Below are positions 1 through 12,818 of a stretch of 64,000 nucleotides of DNA, one piece after another. This stretch comes from Rebecca billardiae RCC1528. Lineage: Eukaryota; Protista; Haptophyta. Position numbers and translations under genes: made by a program. Position 1 is the stretch's first letter, and each line of letters starts with the position of its first letter. The stretch is taken from positions 2,790,001-2,854,000 of the forward strand of contig OZ251222.1 of the NCBI GenBank assembly GCA_965240325.2, written 5' to 3'. The notes under the pieces were generated by a model. It worked only from the letters and a program-made list of their open reading frames with translations, did not search any database and was not told the DNA's origin.

Positions 1-130
1 CCGCTCCCGCCGTCCCGCGGCGCACAGGGGAGGAACTCGCGAATAAAAAGTCGTCGCGCGAAAAGCAGCCGAAAAAACTCCAGGCCGCCCCGTGCCGAGC
101 GACGCGACGCGCGATATATCAAGAATCAAG

Positions 131-673
131 ATGGCCAGCATGCGCGCCGCGCTTCGGCCATCACTCTCTGCCGCACGGCGGCTCATCCCCGCGTGGGGCA
201 TGGCGGGTTCACCGATGGGCTTCTCGTCTAGCGCAGCACATCCAATACGAGCCAAGCTCTACTTCTCGCAGGCGCTCGTCATCCAACCCGAGATGCCTGA
301 GCCGGACGGCGGCACGAAGCAGCACGAGAAGGTGGTGATGCGCGTCGATGTCGACGAGCTCGGGCTCACGCCCGAGCAGCTGGAGAGGCTCACCACCGTC
401 GCCGGGCCGCGTTTCAACGAGGAGACGCGCACTCTCACCCTCGTCGGCCGAGTGCACGAAGAGGCCGCTGCGAACAAGGCACTCGTGCGCGAACAGCTAG
501 CCCTGCTCATCGACGACGCTGTTGCGAATTGCGGCGGCGGGAGTGGGATTGCCGCGGAGAGCGAGGATATGAGTGCGGCGCCTGGAGTGCCGACAGACTC
601 GCCGCCGTCGGCGCCGGGCGCCGACAGCGGAAACGACATGCGTAGTATTGACCCGGACACGCGTAAGCCGTGA
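131..673 (+). CDS. Mitochondrial small-subunit ribosomal protein mS35 (MRP-S28/Rsm24 family)
   Basis: Arg/Ala/Ser-rich presequence from ATG 131; core HEKVVMRVDVDELGLTPEQLERLTTVAGPRFNEETRTLTLVGRVHEEAAANKALVREQLALLIDDA matches the MRP-S28 domain pattern. Confidence 0.75.
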   Translation: MASMRAALRPSLSAARRLIPAWGMAGSPMGFSSSAAHPIRAKLYFSQALVIQPEMPEPDGGTKQHEKVVMRVDVDELGLTPEQLERLTTVAGPRFNEETRTLTLVGRVHEEAAANKALVREQLALLIDDAVANCGGGSGIAAESEDMSAAPGVPTDSPPSAPGADSGNDMRSIDPDTRKP

Positions 674-1105
674 CTCGGAGGAGGTGCGGCCCTTTGATCG
701 GTGCGCAAGCCGGGATCCGGGAAGGCTCGGTCTGACGTCCGACTGTGTGAGTCAACCTGGAACCAAACCGAGCGAAGTCGTAAGTACACGTATGCTAGTA
801 GTCCTATCATATAATAAATCAGCAGTGCGCACTGATCACATTCAGTCGTAGCCGCCCGCAGCTAGTCCGAACCGTCTGATCGGGATCGATATCCGCGAGA
901 CTCCGGCGAGTGACCGCGACGGACACGGTCACGGTCCTCGGCTGCTCACATCGATGAGTCTGTCTGACACTCTGAGTCTGACACCGGCCACCGGAACTCC
1001 AAACTGCGGGAGCGGCGTCTGCGGCATTCTGCGACTCTGCGGGGACACTCGTCACTCGGTCAGACTCACTCACAGGACTCGCGCGATGTCCAGCGCCATA
1101 ATTTA

Positions 1106-2818
1106 GGGGGGCCAAACCGCTCATTTAAAAAAGAAAATCAAAGCCGCGGCGCATTTTCGCTCCTCCCTCGGCCTTTTAGGGTGGCGCGGAGCCTTTTTCT
1201 CGGACCCCGCTCGAAAATCGAGCTCCGACGCGTTCGGGCGCTCAGAGCTCGGTTCCGCTCCAGCACGAGCGGCCGGAGGCAGTGGACCGCCGCGCGCTCG
1301 CGTCCCATGATACGCCGAGATGGTCTCGGGAGCGCGCGCGCGTGACGCTGGTGGGCGCTTCTGACCCTTGTCTTTGCGCCACCAGCGGCTCACCACCCGG
1401 TTCTTGGCCACCTCGCGCCGTGCGCGGCGCGCGTCGGCCGGCTTGAATTGCTGCGCTGCGTACGCCCGTCACGCTACCCCTCCTTGTGGCTCAAGATCAA
1501 CTCGCCCCGGCGAGATCGATGCTCGCCCCAGGTGTTCATGTGTATCCGTGGATGCCCAGCTCGCCTAACCTGCCCTGCTGCGCCGGAATCGCCGTCAGCA
1601 GACCGGCGCGAGCTCGCGCGCAACACCTCCGCGGAGCCCGCAACTGTCATGTTCCGCTCGTAGGGCCCGTGTTTGCACCTGCCGTGGCACTTGCGATGGT
1701 CAGCACGTTGGGTATGGGTCACGCGTGCCCCCAGATGGCGTCGGGGCGCCTCCCATTCGCCTCTCAGGACGTCGCGGACGTGCTCGCAGGCACCGGTTGG
1801 CTCATTCGACAGGTCCGACGTGCACTCGACCGTGCCTACAAGCGCGCCCCTGTGACGCGCATGCCTGCAGAAGCAGACGCAGATGGGCCTCAATGCACCG
1901 TGGTGCGCCCAAGACCGGCGGGAGCGTCAGAGACCGTCTCAATCTTGACACCTTGCACACGCCGGCGCTTGCCATTGGGCTCCGCGCAGCCAGTCAGGAG
2001 CGCCGAACAGCGCCGGATCAGCCTCTGTAGGCCGAATATCCGCCCCAACGCCCAGAAATAGCGCGGAACAGGGTAGGGCGTACATATATGGACCGATCCT
2101 ATGCAGCCTGGTTTGGTGCAGAGACGCCAGCCACCACCTGGAGCAGGCGTTTGCTGCCGAATCGCATGCTCGGCACTGTGCCGCACTGCGACGACGACAG
2201 ATTTGACCTGCCTCGTAGGTCTCGGCCATGGAGCGGTGACGGTTGGCTCGAGTGACGTTAAACCTTGATTATGACCGAGAGTACTCCCGGGCTGAGGACA
2301 TGGGGCCGGTGCTTTGGGTCTACTATGTCTGCAATACGCCGTACGCATGGCCGTATACACAGTCTGAAAACGTATCTCGCGGCTCGAGATCAGACGAGAC
2401 TGTATTCATCAGCATGGCGTCTATATACACGGTGGGTATGTAACGACCAGTGGCTTCCGGGAAACTACGTGTTTGACAGCCTGCCAGTACACAGCCTATA
2501 TCGCATGTTGGGACCTGCTGCTGCTGGGGACCCAGAACGATCTCGCCGAGATGCTCTATCAAAGTGAAGTCGACATGGTCTATATGTCACAAATAAGACA
2601 GCCGTTACATGCCGTTTCCAATAAGTTCAGGCTCATTCTAATAACTAAATATGCTAGCCGTTACGCCCTATATTCAGGGTATGTGAACCTGATTTTTTTA
2701 CTTGGCTGGCCCAGACCCCTCCAGAGGGCATATGATCCAGCCCCAATTCAGCGCTAAACACTCGCTAGGACCAGCGCTCGTAGCCGTCAGTCACGTCACA
2801 GTGCCACTTTGGCCCCCC
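1106..2818. mobile_element. Candidate non-autonomous DNA transposon (GGGGGGCCAAA terminal inverted repeats, TA flanks)
   Basis: ttaggggggccaaa at 1103-1116 is the exact reverse complement of tttggcccccctaa at 2808-2821; the pair brackets a gene-free interval; no transposase recognised. Confidence 0.35.
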
Positions 2819-2978
2819 TAATATGGGCCATATGTCGTCTTGCACGTACGTACTCAAATTGCTCACGGCCGTGGGGCGCCCGTCACCCGTGCGCTCAGAA
2901 CGGCATTGCTATCATCATCATCATCATCATTGTCATATGTATTATTGATGCAGTCATCGACATCGTCAGTCTCAGGAA

Positions 2979-5900
2979 TCAGGACGCAGCGCTTTGGTAG
3001 AGGCGTGGCCCACCTATGGCGGCAATGTCGTCAAGCCGCCGTTTGCGTTCCCGCCGGGCCAGCAGCACGGCAACCGCCGCCAAGCCCAAGCAGCAGCACA
3101 ACACGACGACTCCCACGACGATGCCGGCCACGCCACCGGCTCCGAGCTCACTGTTGAGGCCCCCGACAATGCCGCCGTTGCCGCCATCGTCGTCATCGTC
3201 GTCATCATCGTCATCGTCGTCATCGCCGCTGCTCCCACTGTCACTCGAACTGCCACTCGATGAGCCGGAGGTAGCTGTGCCGTCATCCTGCACGATCGGG
3301 TCGTACCACGCTGACGAGCTGAACTTGTCGAAGCGCAGCGTAATCACATACTTGGTGGAGCCGGAGAGGGCAAGTTGGGGATAGCCAGTCGGCATCGTCG
3401 CCCAGGCACCATCCAGCTTCGCCACGTTCGAGACCACCATCGCTGCGCCGTTGCCCAGCGAGTATGTGTTGTTCGCAATCGGCGTCAGATCGAGCGTCTC
3501 GCCAGCCTTGGACGTCACCTCGATGCCGACGTCCAAGAAGTCGCCGACGCCGCCCTGGCACGGATTGCCGCTCTCGCCAGCGCAGAACGGCCAGTTGAGG
3601 ACCTGCGGGCGCAGGCGCAGGCGCAGGCGCAGGGCGCGTGACACGGCTCAGCTCTGCGCACCACACAAGTCATAGTCGCACGCGCAGGCGCAAACACACC
3701 TCGACGTTGAACTTGAGCGTGCCGGTGGTCACTGTGTACGACTCAGACGGCGTGGGCGTGATCGTGCCATTCTCTGAGAAGATCAGCGCAGTGATGCGCA
3801 GGTCCGCCGCGTCGTTGACCAGCTTCACCGTGAAGTCGATGGCATTCGCCGCCACGCCAGACACGTTCGTGGCGTACATGGAACCAAACGTGAAGTCCGT
3901 GTTCGCAAACGTGTTGCGCGAGTGCTTGCCGTCGTTCGGACCGGACTGGCCCACGCGGTCGCCGTTCGAGGCGCGCTCGGTGATGCTCGACATCGTCACC
4001 TGCACCTTGTCGTCGTCCGACGCATCCGACGAGCCATACACCATCTTGCCAGACTGACCGAGGATCTGGACGGTGTTCACCGGCTCCGACGAGTCCACAG
4101 GTGTCGGGGGAGTGAGCTGCTGAGTGGTGGGTGATGGCGGCGGCGGCGAGCTTGGCGGTGGAGGTGGGGGTGGCGGACTAGGCGGCGGACTCGGCGAGGG
4201 CGATGGAGGCGGCGGGCTCGGCGGCGGGACCGGTGGCGCCCCAACCTCCTCTACAATATCCTGTACGATGGGGTCGTACAGCGCGGACGCGCTGAACTTG
4301 TCGAAGCGCAGCGTCAGCTCGTACTTGGATGAGCCAGACAGCGACAGCTCCGGGTAGCCAGACGGCATCGTCGTCCACGTGCCGTCCAACCGAGCAGCGT
4401 CCGACACGATCAGCTCGGCGCCGTCACCGAGCGAGTACTTGTTCGCCTCGATCGGCGTGAGGCTGAGGCTCTCACCTCCCTTGGATTTGATCTCAATGCC
4501 GATGTCGAGGAACTCGCCAGTCTCGCCCTTGCACGGGTTGCCGCTCTCGCCAGCGCAGAACGGCCAGTTCAGCACCTGCACGCGCAAGCGCGTCGACACG
4601 CATGCACGCGGCGCGCGGGGTGAGACACGGGTCAGTCAGGGCGCACACGTACGCACCGTGCAAACGCGCATGCTCGGGGCGCGCACCTCGACGTTGAACT
4701 TGAGCGTGCCCTCGCTCACGTTGTACGCCTCCGAAGGGGTCGGGTAGATCGTGCCGCTCTCCGTGAAGATCAGCGCAGTGATGCGCAGGTCAGCGGTGTC
4801 GTCGACCAGCTTCACATCAAAGTCGATGGCGCTCGCCGCCACGCCGGAGACGTTGGTGGCATACACGCTGCCGAATGTGAAGTCCGTGTTCGCAAACGTG
4901 TTGCGCGAGTGCTTGCCGTCGTTCGGACCAGACTGGCCGACAGTGTCGCCGTTCGAGGCGCGCTCGGTGATGCTCGACATCGTCACCTGCACCTTGTCGT
5001 CGTCCGAGCCACCCGAGGTGCCGTACACCATCTTGCCAGAGCGGCCCAGGATGCGCACCCTGTAGTCGGAGGAAGACAGGTCACGCTCGTCACCAGATGG
5101 CGACGGTGGTGGTGGGCTGGGCGGGGGCACAGGCGGCGGCGGTGGGCTCGGAGGCGGGCTCGGTGGCGGCGGTGGCGGCGGCGGGCTGGGCGGCGGGCTC
5201 GGCGGCGGCGGGGGAGGCGGCGGGCTCGGCGGTGGGCTGGGCGGCGGTGGTGGCGGCGGCGGGCTCGGCGGCGGGGTCGGCGGCGTGCTCGCAGTGCCCA
5301 CGTCCTGCACGATGGGGTCGTACAGCGCGGACGCGCTGAACTTGTCGAAGCGCAGCGTCAGCTCGTACTTGGATGAGCCAGACAGCGACAGCTCCGGGTA
5401 GCCAGACGGCATCGTCGTCCACGTGCCGTCCAGCCGAGCAGCGTCCGACACGATCAGCTCGGCGCCCTCACCGAGCGAGTACTTGTTCGCCTCGATCGGC
5501 GTGAGGCTGAGGCTCTCACCTCCTTTGGACTTGATCTCAATGCCGATGTCGAGGAACTCGCCAGTCTCGCCCTTGCACGGGTTGCCGCTCTCGCCAGCGC
5601 AGAACGGCCAGTTCAGCACCTGCACGCGCAAGCGCGTCGACACGCATGCACACGGCGCGCGGGGTGAGACACTGGTCAGTCAGGGCGCACACGTACGCAC
5701 CGTGCGGGCGCGCATGCTCGGGGCGCGCACCTCGACGTTGAACTTGAGCGTGCCCTCGCTCACGTTGTACGCCTCCGAAGGGGTCGGGTAGATCGTGCCG
5801 CTCTCCGTGAAGATCAGCGCAGTGATGCGCAGGTCAGCGGTGTCGTCGACCAGCTTCACATCAAAGTCGATGGCGCTCGCCGCCACGCCGGAGACGTTGG

Positions 5901-8900
5901 TGGCATACACGCTGCCGAATGTGAAGTCCGTGTTCGCAAACGTGTTGCGCGAGTGCTTGCCGTCGTTCGGACCAGACTGGCCGACAGTGTCGCCGTTCGA
6001 GGCGCGCTCGGTGATGCTCGACATCGTCACCTGCACCTTGTCGTCGTCCGAGCCACCCGAGGTGCCGTACACCATCTTGCCGGAGCGGCCCAGGATGCGC
6101 ACCCTGTAGTCGGAGGAAGACAGGTCACGCTCGTCACCAGATGGCGACGGTGGTGGTGGGCTGGGCGGGGGCACAGGCGGCGGCGGTGGGCTCGGAGGCG
6201 GGCTCGGTGGCGGCGGTGGCGGCGGCGGGCTGGGCGGCGGGCTCGGCGGCGGCGGGGGAGGCGGCGGGCTCGGCGGTGGGCTGGGCGGCGGTGGTGGCGG
6301 CGGCGGGCTCGGCGGCGGGGTCGGCGGCGTGCTCGCAGTGCCCACGTCCTGCACAATGGGGTCGTACAGCGCGGACGCGCTGAACTTGTCGAAGCGCAGC
6401 GTCAGCTCGTACTTGGATGAGCCAGACAGCGACAGCTCCGGGTAGCCAGACGGCATCGTCGTCCACGTGCCGTCCAACCGAGCAGCGTCCGACACGATCA
6501 GCTCGGCGCCCTCACCGAGCGAGTACTTGTTCGCCTCGATCGGCGTGAGGCTGAGGCTCTCGTTGCCCTTCGACTTCACCTCGATGCCAATGTCGAGGAA
6601 CTCGCCAGTCTCGCCCTGGCACGGGTTGCCGCTCTCGCCAGCGCAGAACGGCCAGTTCAGCACCTGCACGCGCAAGCGCGTCGACACGCATGCACGCACG
6701 CGGCGCGCGGGGTGAGACACTGGTCAGTCAGGGCGCACACGTACGCACCGTGCAAACGCGCATGCTCGGGGCGCGCACCTCGACGTTGAACTTGAGCGTG
6801 CCCTCGCTCACGTTGTACGCCTCCGACGGGGTCGGGTAGATCGTGCCGCTCTCCGTGAAGATCAGCGCAGTGATGCGCAGGTCAGCGGTGTCGTCGACCA
6901 GCTTCACATCAAAGTCGATGGCGCTCGCGTTCACGCCGGACACGTTCGTGGCGTACACCTCGCCGAACGTGAAGTCCGTGCTCGCAAACGTGTTGCGCGA
7001 GTGCTTGCCGTCGTTCGGACCGGACTGGCCCACGCGGTCGCCGTTCGAGGCGCGCTCGGTGATGCTCGACATCGTCACCTGCACCTTGTCGTCGTCCGAG
7101 CCACCCGAGGTGCCGTACACCATCTTGCCAGAGCGGCCCAAGACGCGCACGTTGAACTCGGACGCCGAAAGCGCACGGTCGTCCACCGGAGACGGCGGCG
7201 GCGGCGGCGGGCTCGGCGGCGGGCTCGGCGGCGGCGGCGGTGGCGGGATCGGTGGCGGGCTCGGCGGAGGTGGTGGTGGGGCCGGCGGCGGAGGGCTCGG
7301 CGGCGGGGTCGGCGGCGTGCTCGCAGTGCCCACGTCCTGCACGACCGGGTCGTACAGCGCGGACGCGCTGAACTTGTCGAAGCGCAGCGTCAGCTCGTAC
7401 TTGGATGAGCCAGACAGCGACAGCTCCGGGTAGCCAGACGGCATCGTCGTCCACGTGCCGTCCAGCCGAGCAGCGTCCGACACGATCAGCTCGGCGCCCT
7501 CACCGAGCGAGTACTTGTTCGCCTCGATCGGCGTGAGGCTGAGGCTCTCGTTGCCCTTCGACTTCACCTCGATGCCAATGTCGAGGAACTCGCCAGTCTC
7601 GCCCTGGCACGGGTTGCCGCTCTCGCCAGCGCAGAACGGCCAGTTCAGCACCTGCACGCGCAAGCGCGTCGACACGCATGCACGCGGCGCGCGGGGTGAG
7701 ACACGGGTCAGTCAGGGCGCACACCTACGCACCGTGCGGGCGCGCATGCTCGGGGCGCGCACCTCGACGTTGAACTTGAGCGTGCCCTCGCTCACGTTGT
7801 ACGCCTCCGAAGGGGTCGGGTAGATCGTGCCGCTCTCAGTAAAGATCAGCGCAGTGATGCGCAGGTCAGCGGTGTCGTCGACCAGCTTCACATCAAAGTC
7901 GATGGCGCTTGCCGCCACGCCGGACACGTTCGTGGCGTACACCTCGCCGAGCGTGAAGTCCGTGCTCGCAAACGTGTTGCGCGAGTGCTTGCCGTCGTTC
8001 GGACCGGACTGGCCCACGCGGTCGCCGTTCGAGGCGCGCTCGGTGATGCTCGACATCGTCACCTGCACCTTGTCGTCGTCCGAGCCACCCGAGGTGCCGT
8101 ACACCATCTTGCCAGAGCGGCCCAAGACGCGCACGTTGAACTCGGACGCCGAAAGCGCACGGTCGTCCACCGGAGACGGCGGCGGCGGCGGCGGGCTCGG
8201 CGGCGGGCTCGGCGGCGGCGGCGGTGGCGGGCTCGGTGGCGGGCTCGGCGGAGGTGGTGGTGGGGCCGGCGGCGGCGGGCTCGGCGGCGGGGTCGGCGGC
8301 GTGCTCGCAGTGCCCACGTCCTGCACGACCGGGTCGTACAGCGCGGACGCGCTGAACTTGTCGAAGCGCAGCGTCAGCTCGTACTTGGATGAGCCAGACA
8401 GCGACAGCTCCGGGTAGCCAGACGGCATCGTCGTCCACGTGCCGTCCAGCCGAGCAGCGTCCGACACGATCAGCTCGGCGCCCTCACCGAGCGAGTACTT
8501 GTTCGCCTCGATCGGCGTGAGGCTGAGGCTCTCGTTGCCCTTCGACTTCACCTCGATGCCAATGTCGAGGAACTCGCCAGTCTCGCCCTGGCACGGGTTG
8601 CCGCTCTCGCCAGCGCAGAACGGCCAGTTCAGCACCTGCACGCGCAAGCGCGTCGACACGCATGCACGCGGCGCGCGGGGTTAGACACTGGTCAGTCAGG
8701 GCGCACACGTACGCACCGTGCGGGCGCGCATGCTCGGGGCGCGCACCTCGACGTTGAACTTGAGCGTGCCCTCGCTCACGTTGTACGCCTCCGAAGGGGT
8801 CGGGTAGATCGTGCCGCTCTCCGTGAAGATCAGCGCAGTGATGCGCAGGTCAGCGGTGTCGTCGACCAGCTTCACATCAAAGTCGATGGCGCTCGCGTTC

Positions 8901-11900
8901 ACGCCGGACACGTTCGTGGCGTACACCTCGCCGAACGTGAAGTCCGTGCTCGCAAACGTGTTGCGCGAGTGCTTGCCGTCGTTCGGACCGGACTGGCCCA
9001 CGCGGTCGCCGTTCGAGGCGCGCTCGGTGATGCTCGACATCGTCACCTGCACCTTGTCGTCGTCCGAGCCACCCGAGGTGCCGTACACCATCTTGCCAGA
9101 GCGGCCCAAGACGCGCACGTTGAACTCGGACGCCGAAAGCGCACGGTCGTCCACCGGAGACGGCGGCGGCGGCGGCGGGCTCGGCGGCGGGCTCGGCGGC
9201 GGCGGCGGCGGCGGGCTCGGTGGCGGGCTCGGCGGAGGTGGTGGTGGGGCCGGCGGCGGCGGGCTCGGCGGCGGGGTCGGCGGCGTGCTCGCAGTGCCCA
9301 CGTCCTGCACGACCGGGTCGTACAGCGCGGACGCGCTGAACTTGTCGAAGCGCAGCGTCAGCTCGTACTTGGATGAGCCAGACAGCGACAGCTCCGGGTA
9401 GCCAGACGGCATCGTCGTCCACGTGCCGTCCAGCCGAGCAGCGTCCGACACGATCAGCTCGGCGCCCTCACCGAGCGAGTACTTGTTCGCCTCGATCGGC
9501 GTGAGGCTGAGGCTCTCGTTGCCCTTCGACTTCACCTCGATGCCAATGTCGAGGAACTCGCCAGTCTCGCCCTGGCACGGGTTGCCGCTCTCGCCAGCGC
9601 AGAACGGCCAGTTCAGCACCTGCACGCGCAAGCGCGTCGACACGCATGCACGCGGCGCGCGGGGTTAGACACTGGTCAGTCAGGGCGCACACGTACGCAC
9701 CGTGCGGGCGCGCATGCTCGGGGCGCGCACCTCGACGTTGAACTTGAGCGTGCCCTCGCTCACGTTGTACGCCTCCGAAGGGGTCGGGTAGATCGTGCCG
9801 CTCTCCGTGAAGATCAGCGCAGTGATGCGCAGGTCAGCGGTGTCGTCGACCAGCTTCACATCAAAGTCGATGGCGCTCGCGTTCACGCCGGACACGTTCG
9901 TGGCGTACACCTCGCCGAACGTGAAGTCCGTGCTCGCAAACGTGTTGCGCGAGTGCTTGCCGTCGTTCGGACCGGACTGGCCCACGCGGTCGCCGTTCGA
10001 GGCGCGCTCGGTGATGCTCGACATCGTCACCTGCACCTTGTCGTCGTCCGAGCCACCCGAGGTGCCGTACACCATCTTGCCAGAGCGGCCCAAGACGCGC
10101 ACGTTGAACTCGGACGCCGAAAGCGCACGGTCGTCCACCGGAGACGGCGGCGGCGGCGGCGGGCTCGGCGGCGGGCTCGGCGGCGGCGGCGGCGGCGGGC
10201 TCGGTGGCGGGCTCGGCGGAGGTGGTGGTGGGGCCGGCGGCGGCAGGCTCGGCGGCGGGGTCGGCGGCGTGCTCGCAGTGCCCACGTCCTGCACGACCGG
10301 GTCGTACAGCGCGGACGCGCTGAACTTGTCGAAGCGCAGCGTCAGCTCGTACTTGGATGAGCCAGACAGCGACAGCTCCGGGTAGCCAGACGGCATCGTC
10401 GTCCACGTGCCGTCCAGCCGAGCAGCGTCCGACACGATCAGCTCGGCGCCCTCACCGAGCGAGTACTTGTTCGCCTCGATCGGCGTGAGGCTGAGGCTCT
10501 CGTTGCCCTTCGACTTCACCTCGATGCCGATGTCGAGGAACTCGCCAGTCTCGCCCTTGCACGGGTTGCCGCTCTCGCCAGCGCAGAACGGCCAGTTCAG
10601 CACCTGCACGCGCAAGCGCGTCGACACGCATGCACGCGGCGCGCGGGGTGAGACACTGGTCAGTCAGGGCGCACACGTACGCACCGTGCGGGCGCGCATG
10701 CTCGGGGCGCGCACCTCGACGTTGAACTTGAGCGTGCCCTCGCTCACGTTGTACGCCTCCGAAGGGGTCGGGTAGATCGTGCCGCTCTCCGTGAAGATCA
10801 GCGCAGTGATGCGCAGGTCAGCGGTGTCGTCGACCAGCTTCACATCAAAGTCGATGGCGCTCGCGTTCACGCCGGACACGTTCGTGGCGTACACCTCGCC
10901 GAACGTGAAGTCCGTGCTCGCAAACGTGTTGCGCGAGTGCTTGCCGTCGTTCGGACCGGACTGGCCCACGCGGTCGCCGTTCGAGGCGCGCTCGGTGATG
11001 CTCGACATCGTCACCTGCACCTTGTCGTCGTCCGAGCCACCCGAGGTGCCGTACACCATCTTGCCAGAGCGGCCCAAGACGCGCACGTTGAACTCGGACG
11101 CCGAAAGCGCACGGTCGTCCACCGGAGACGGCGGCGGCGGCGGCGGGCTCGGCGGCGGGCTCGGCGGCGGCGGCGGCGGCGGGCTCGGTGGCGGGCTCGG
11201 CGGAGGTGGTGGTGGGGCCGGCGGCGGCAGGCTCGGCGGCGGGGTCGGCGGCGTGCTCGCAGTGCCCACGTCCTGCACGACCGGGTCGTACAGCGCGGAC
11301 GCGCTGAACTTGTCGAAGCGCAGCGTCAGCTCGTACTTGGATGAGCCAGACAGCGACAGCTCCGGGTAGCCAGACGGCATCGTCGTCCACGTGCCGTCCA
11401 GCCGAGCAGCGTCCGACACGATCAGCTCGGCGCCCTCACCGAGCGAGTACTTGTTCGCCTCGATCGGCGTGAGGCTGAGGCTCTCGTTGCCCTTCGACTT
11501 CACCTCGATGCCGATGTCGAGGAACTCGCCAGTCTCGCCCTTGCACGGGTTGCCGCTCTCGCCAGCGCAGAACGGCCAGTTCAGCACCTGCACGCGCAAG
11601 CGCGTCGACACGCATGCACGCGGCGCGCGGGGTGAGACACTGGTCAGTCAGGGCGCACACGTACGCACCGTGCGGGCGCGCATGCTCGGGGCGCGCACCT
11701 CGACGTTGAACTTGAGCGTGCCCTCGCTCACGTTGTACGCCTCCGAAGGGGTCGGGTAGATCGTGCCGCTCTCCGTGAAGATCAGCGCAGTGATGCGCAG
11801 GTCAGCGGTGTCGTCGACCAGCTTCACATCAAAGTCGATGGCGCTCGCGTTCACGCCGGACACGTTCGTGGCGTACACCTCGCCGAACGTGAAGTCCGTG

Positions 11901-12154
11901 CTCGCAAACGTGTTGCGCGAGTGCTTGCCGTCGTTCGGACCGGACTGGCCCACGCGGTCGCCGTTCGAGGCGCGCTCGGTGATGCTCGACATCGTCACCT
12001 GCACCTTGTCGTCGTCCGAGCCACCCGAGGTGCCGTACACCATCTTGCCAGACTGCCCGAGGACTCGGACGCTGAGCTCTGACGAGGACAGTTCGCGCTC
12101 ATCCGCCGCTGCGAGCGCAGCCAAGGCCGCTACGACGAGGGCAGCACATCTCAT
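2979..12154 (-). CDS. Giant type-I membrane protein (~2728 aa): signal peptide, 9 tandem SAARP/CARP4-like domains, Ser-Pro linkers, poly-Asp stalk, TM helix, short tail
   Basis: Start MRCAALVVAALAALAAA at 12154. Nine phase-0 GT-AG introns: 11588-11698, 10604-10714, 9620-9730, 8636-8746, 7652-7762, 6664-6778, 5620-5730, 4576-4686, 3603-3699. Splicing joins GTLKFNVE|VLNWPFC and gives 8187 nt, divisible by 3. C-terminus has D13, then GVAGIVVGVVVLCCCLGLAAVAVLLA, then RRERKRR. Confidence 0.9.
3290..12110 (-). repeat. Intragenic tandem array of nine ~1-kb units (domain, intron and Pro-rich linker)
   Basis: Intron donor spacing is 984 bp five times, then 1048, 1044 and 987; near-identical sequence including eight of the nine introns. 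Confidence 0.97.
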
Positions 12155-12818
12155 GATGCGTGTCGGACCGCGCCCTCTGGCCACGCGGCGGGCTTTGGGT
12201 TGCTCAGGCCTTCACCAGTCGACAGTCGATGCGGGCGCCGGTCGTGGTGCTGCGGGTGTATTAATCAAGCCCTTGATGAGTGATGACCCAACAACGCTTG
12301 ACCTAGTTGGTTGATCTGATTGGTTTTTGCGTGTATCCTAGTGATGGTTGTGTGGTTGAGTGGCGGGTTTATGAGCGGCGGGCGGCTACTGGGCGCTGGT
12401 GCCGAATCACGAGTCACGTCTATTTTTATCGCACGAACCGGTCACACAATGAGGAAAATTGGAAATTCTCCTCGATTCCCCTTTCCCGTCCCGTTCATTC
12501 CTATTTGCTCGACCCACCATGTCATTGGTTAACTCGCCTGCGCACCGTGCTGCAGGCGACACAGGTCCAAGGGCCATGACAGGTCACACTGCTACAGCGC
12601 GGCACGCGCGTCTAGTACGGCACCTATTTCAGGCTCATGTCCCGTGACATTGACAATGGCGTCTCTGTCACAAAGATCTCGAGTATCACACCATCTGGGC
12701 CACTCTGGGCTCTGGCGGCAGGGCTCTTGCGAGTGAGCCGTGGCGCGCCCGTGGCCGTGCTGCTCGCAACCAAGTGCACTGTTGCGTCCGGGTGACCGAG
12801 CGCTCGGACCGTCACTCG

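Noticed and set aside
1486-2061. 191-aa ORF inside the candidate element
   Set aside because: No ATG at the called start and no transposase or other recognisable motif
3290-12110. The ~1-kb repeats read as separate tandem genes (315-aa ORFs starting MSTRLRVQ)
   Set aside because: Those ORFs start and stop inside introns; splicing gives one continuous protein with a single signal peptide and TM
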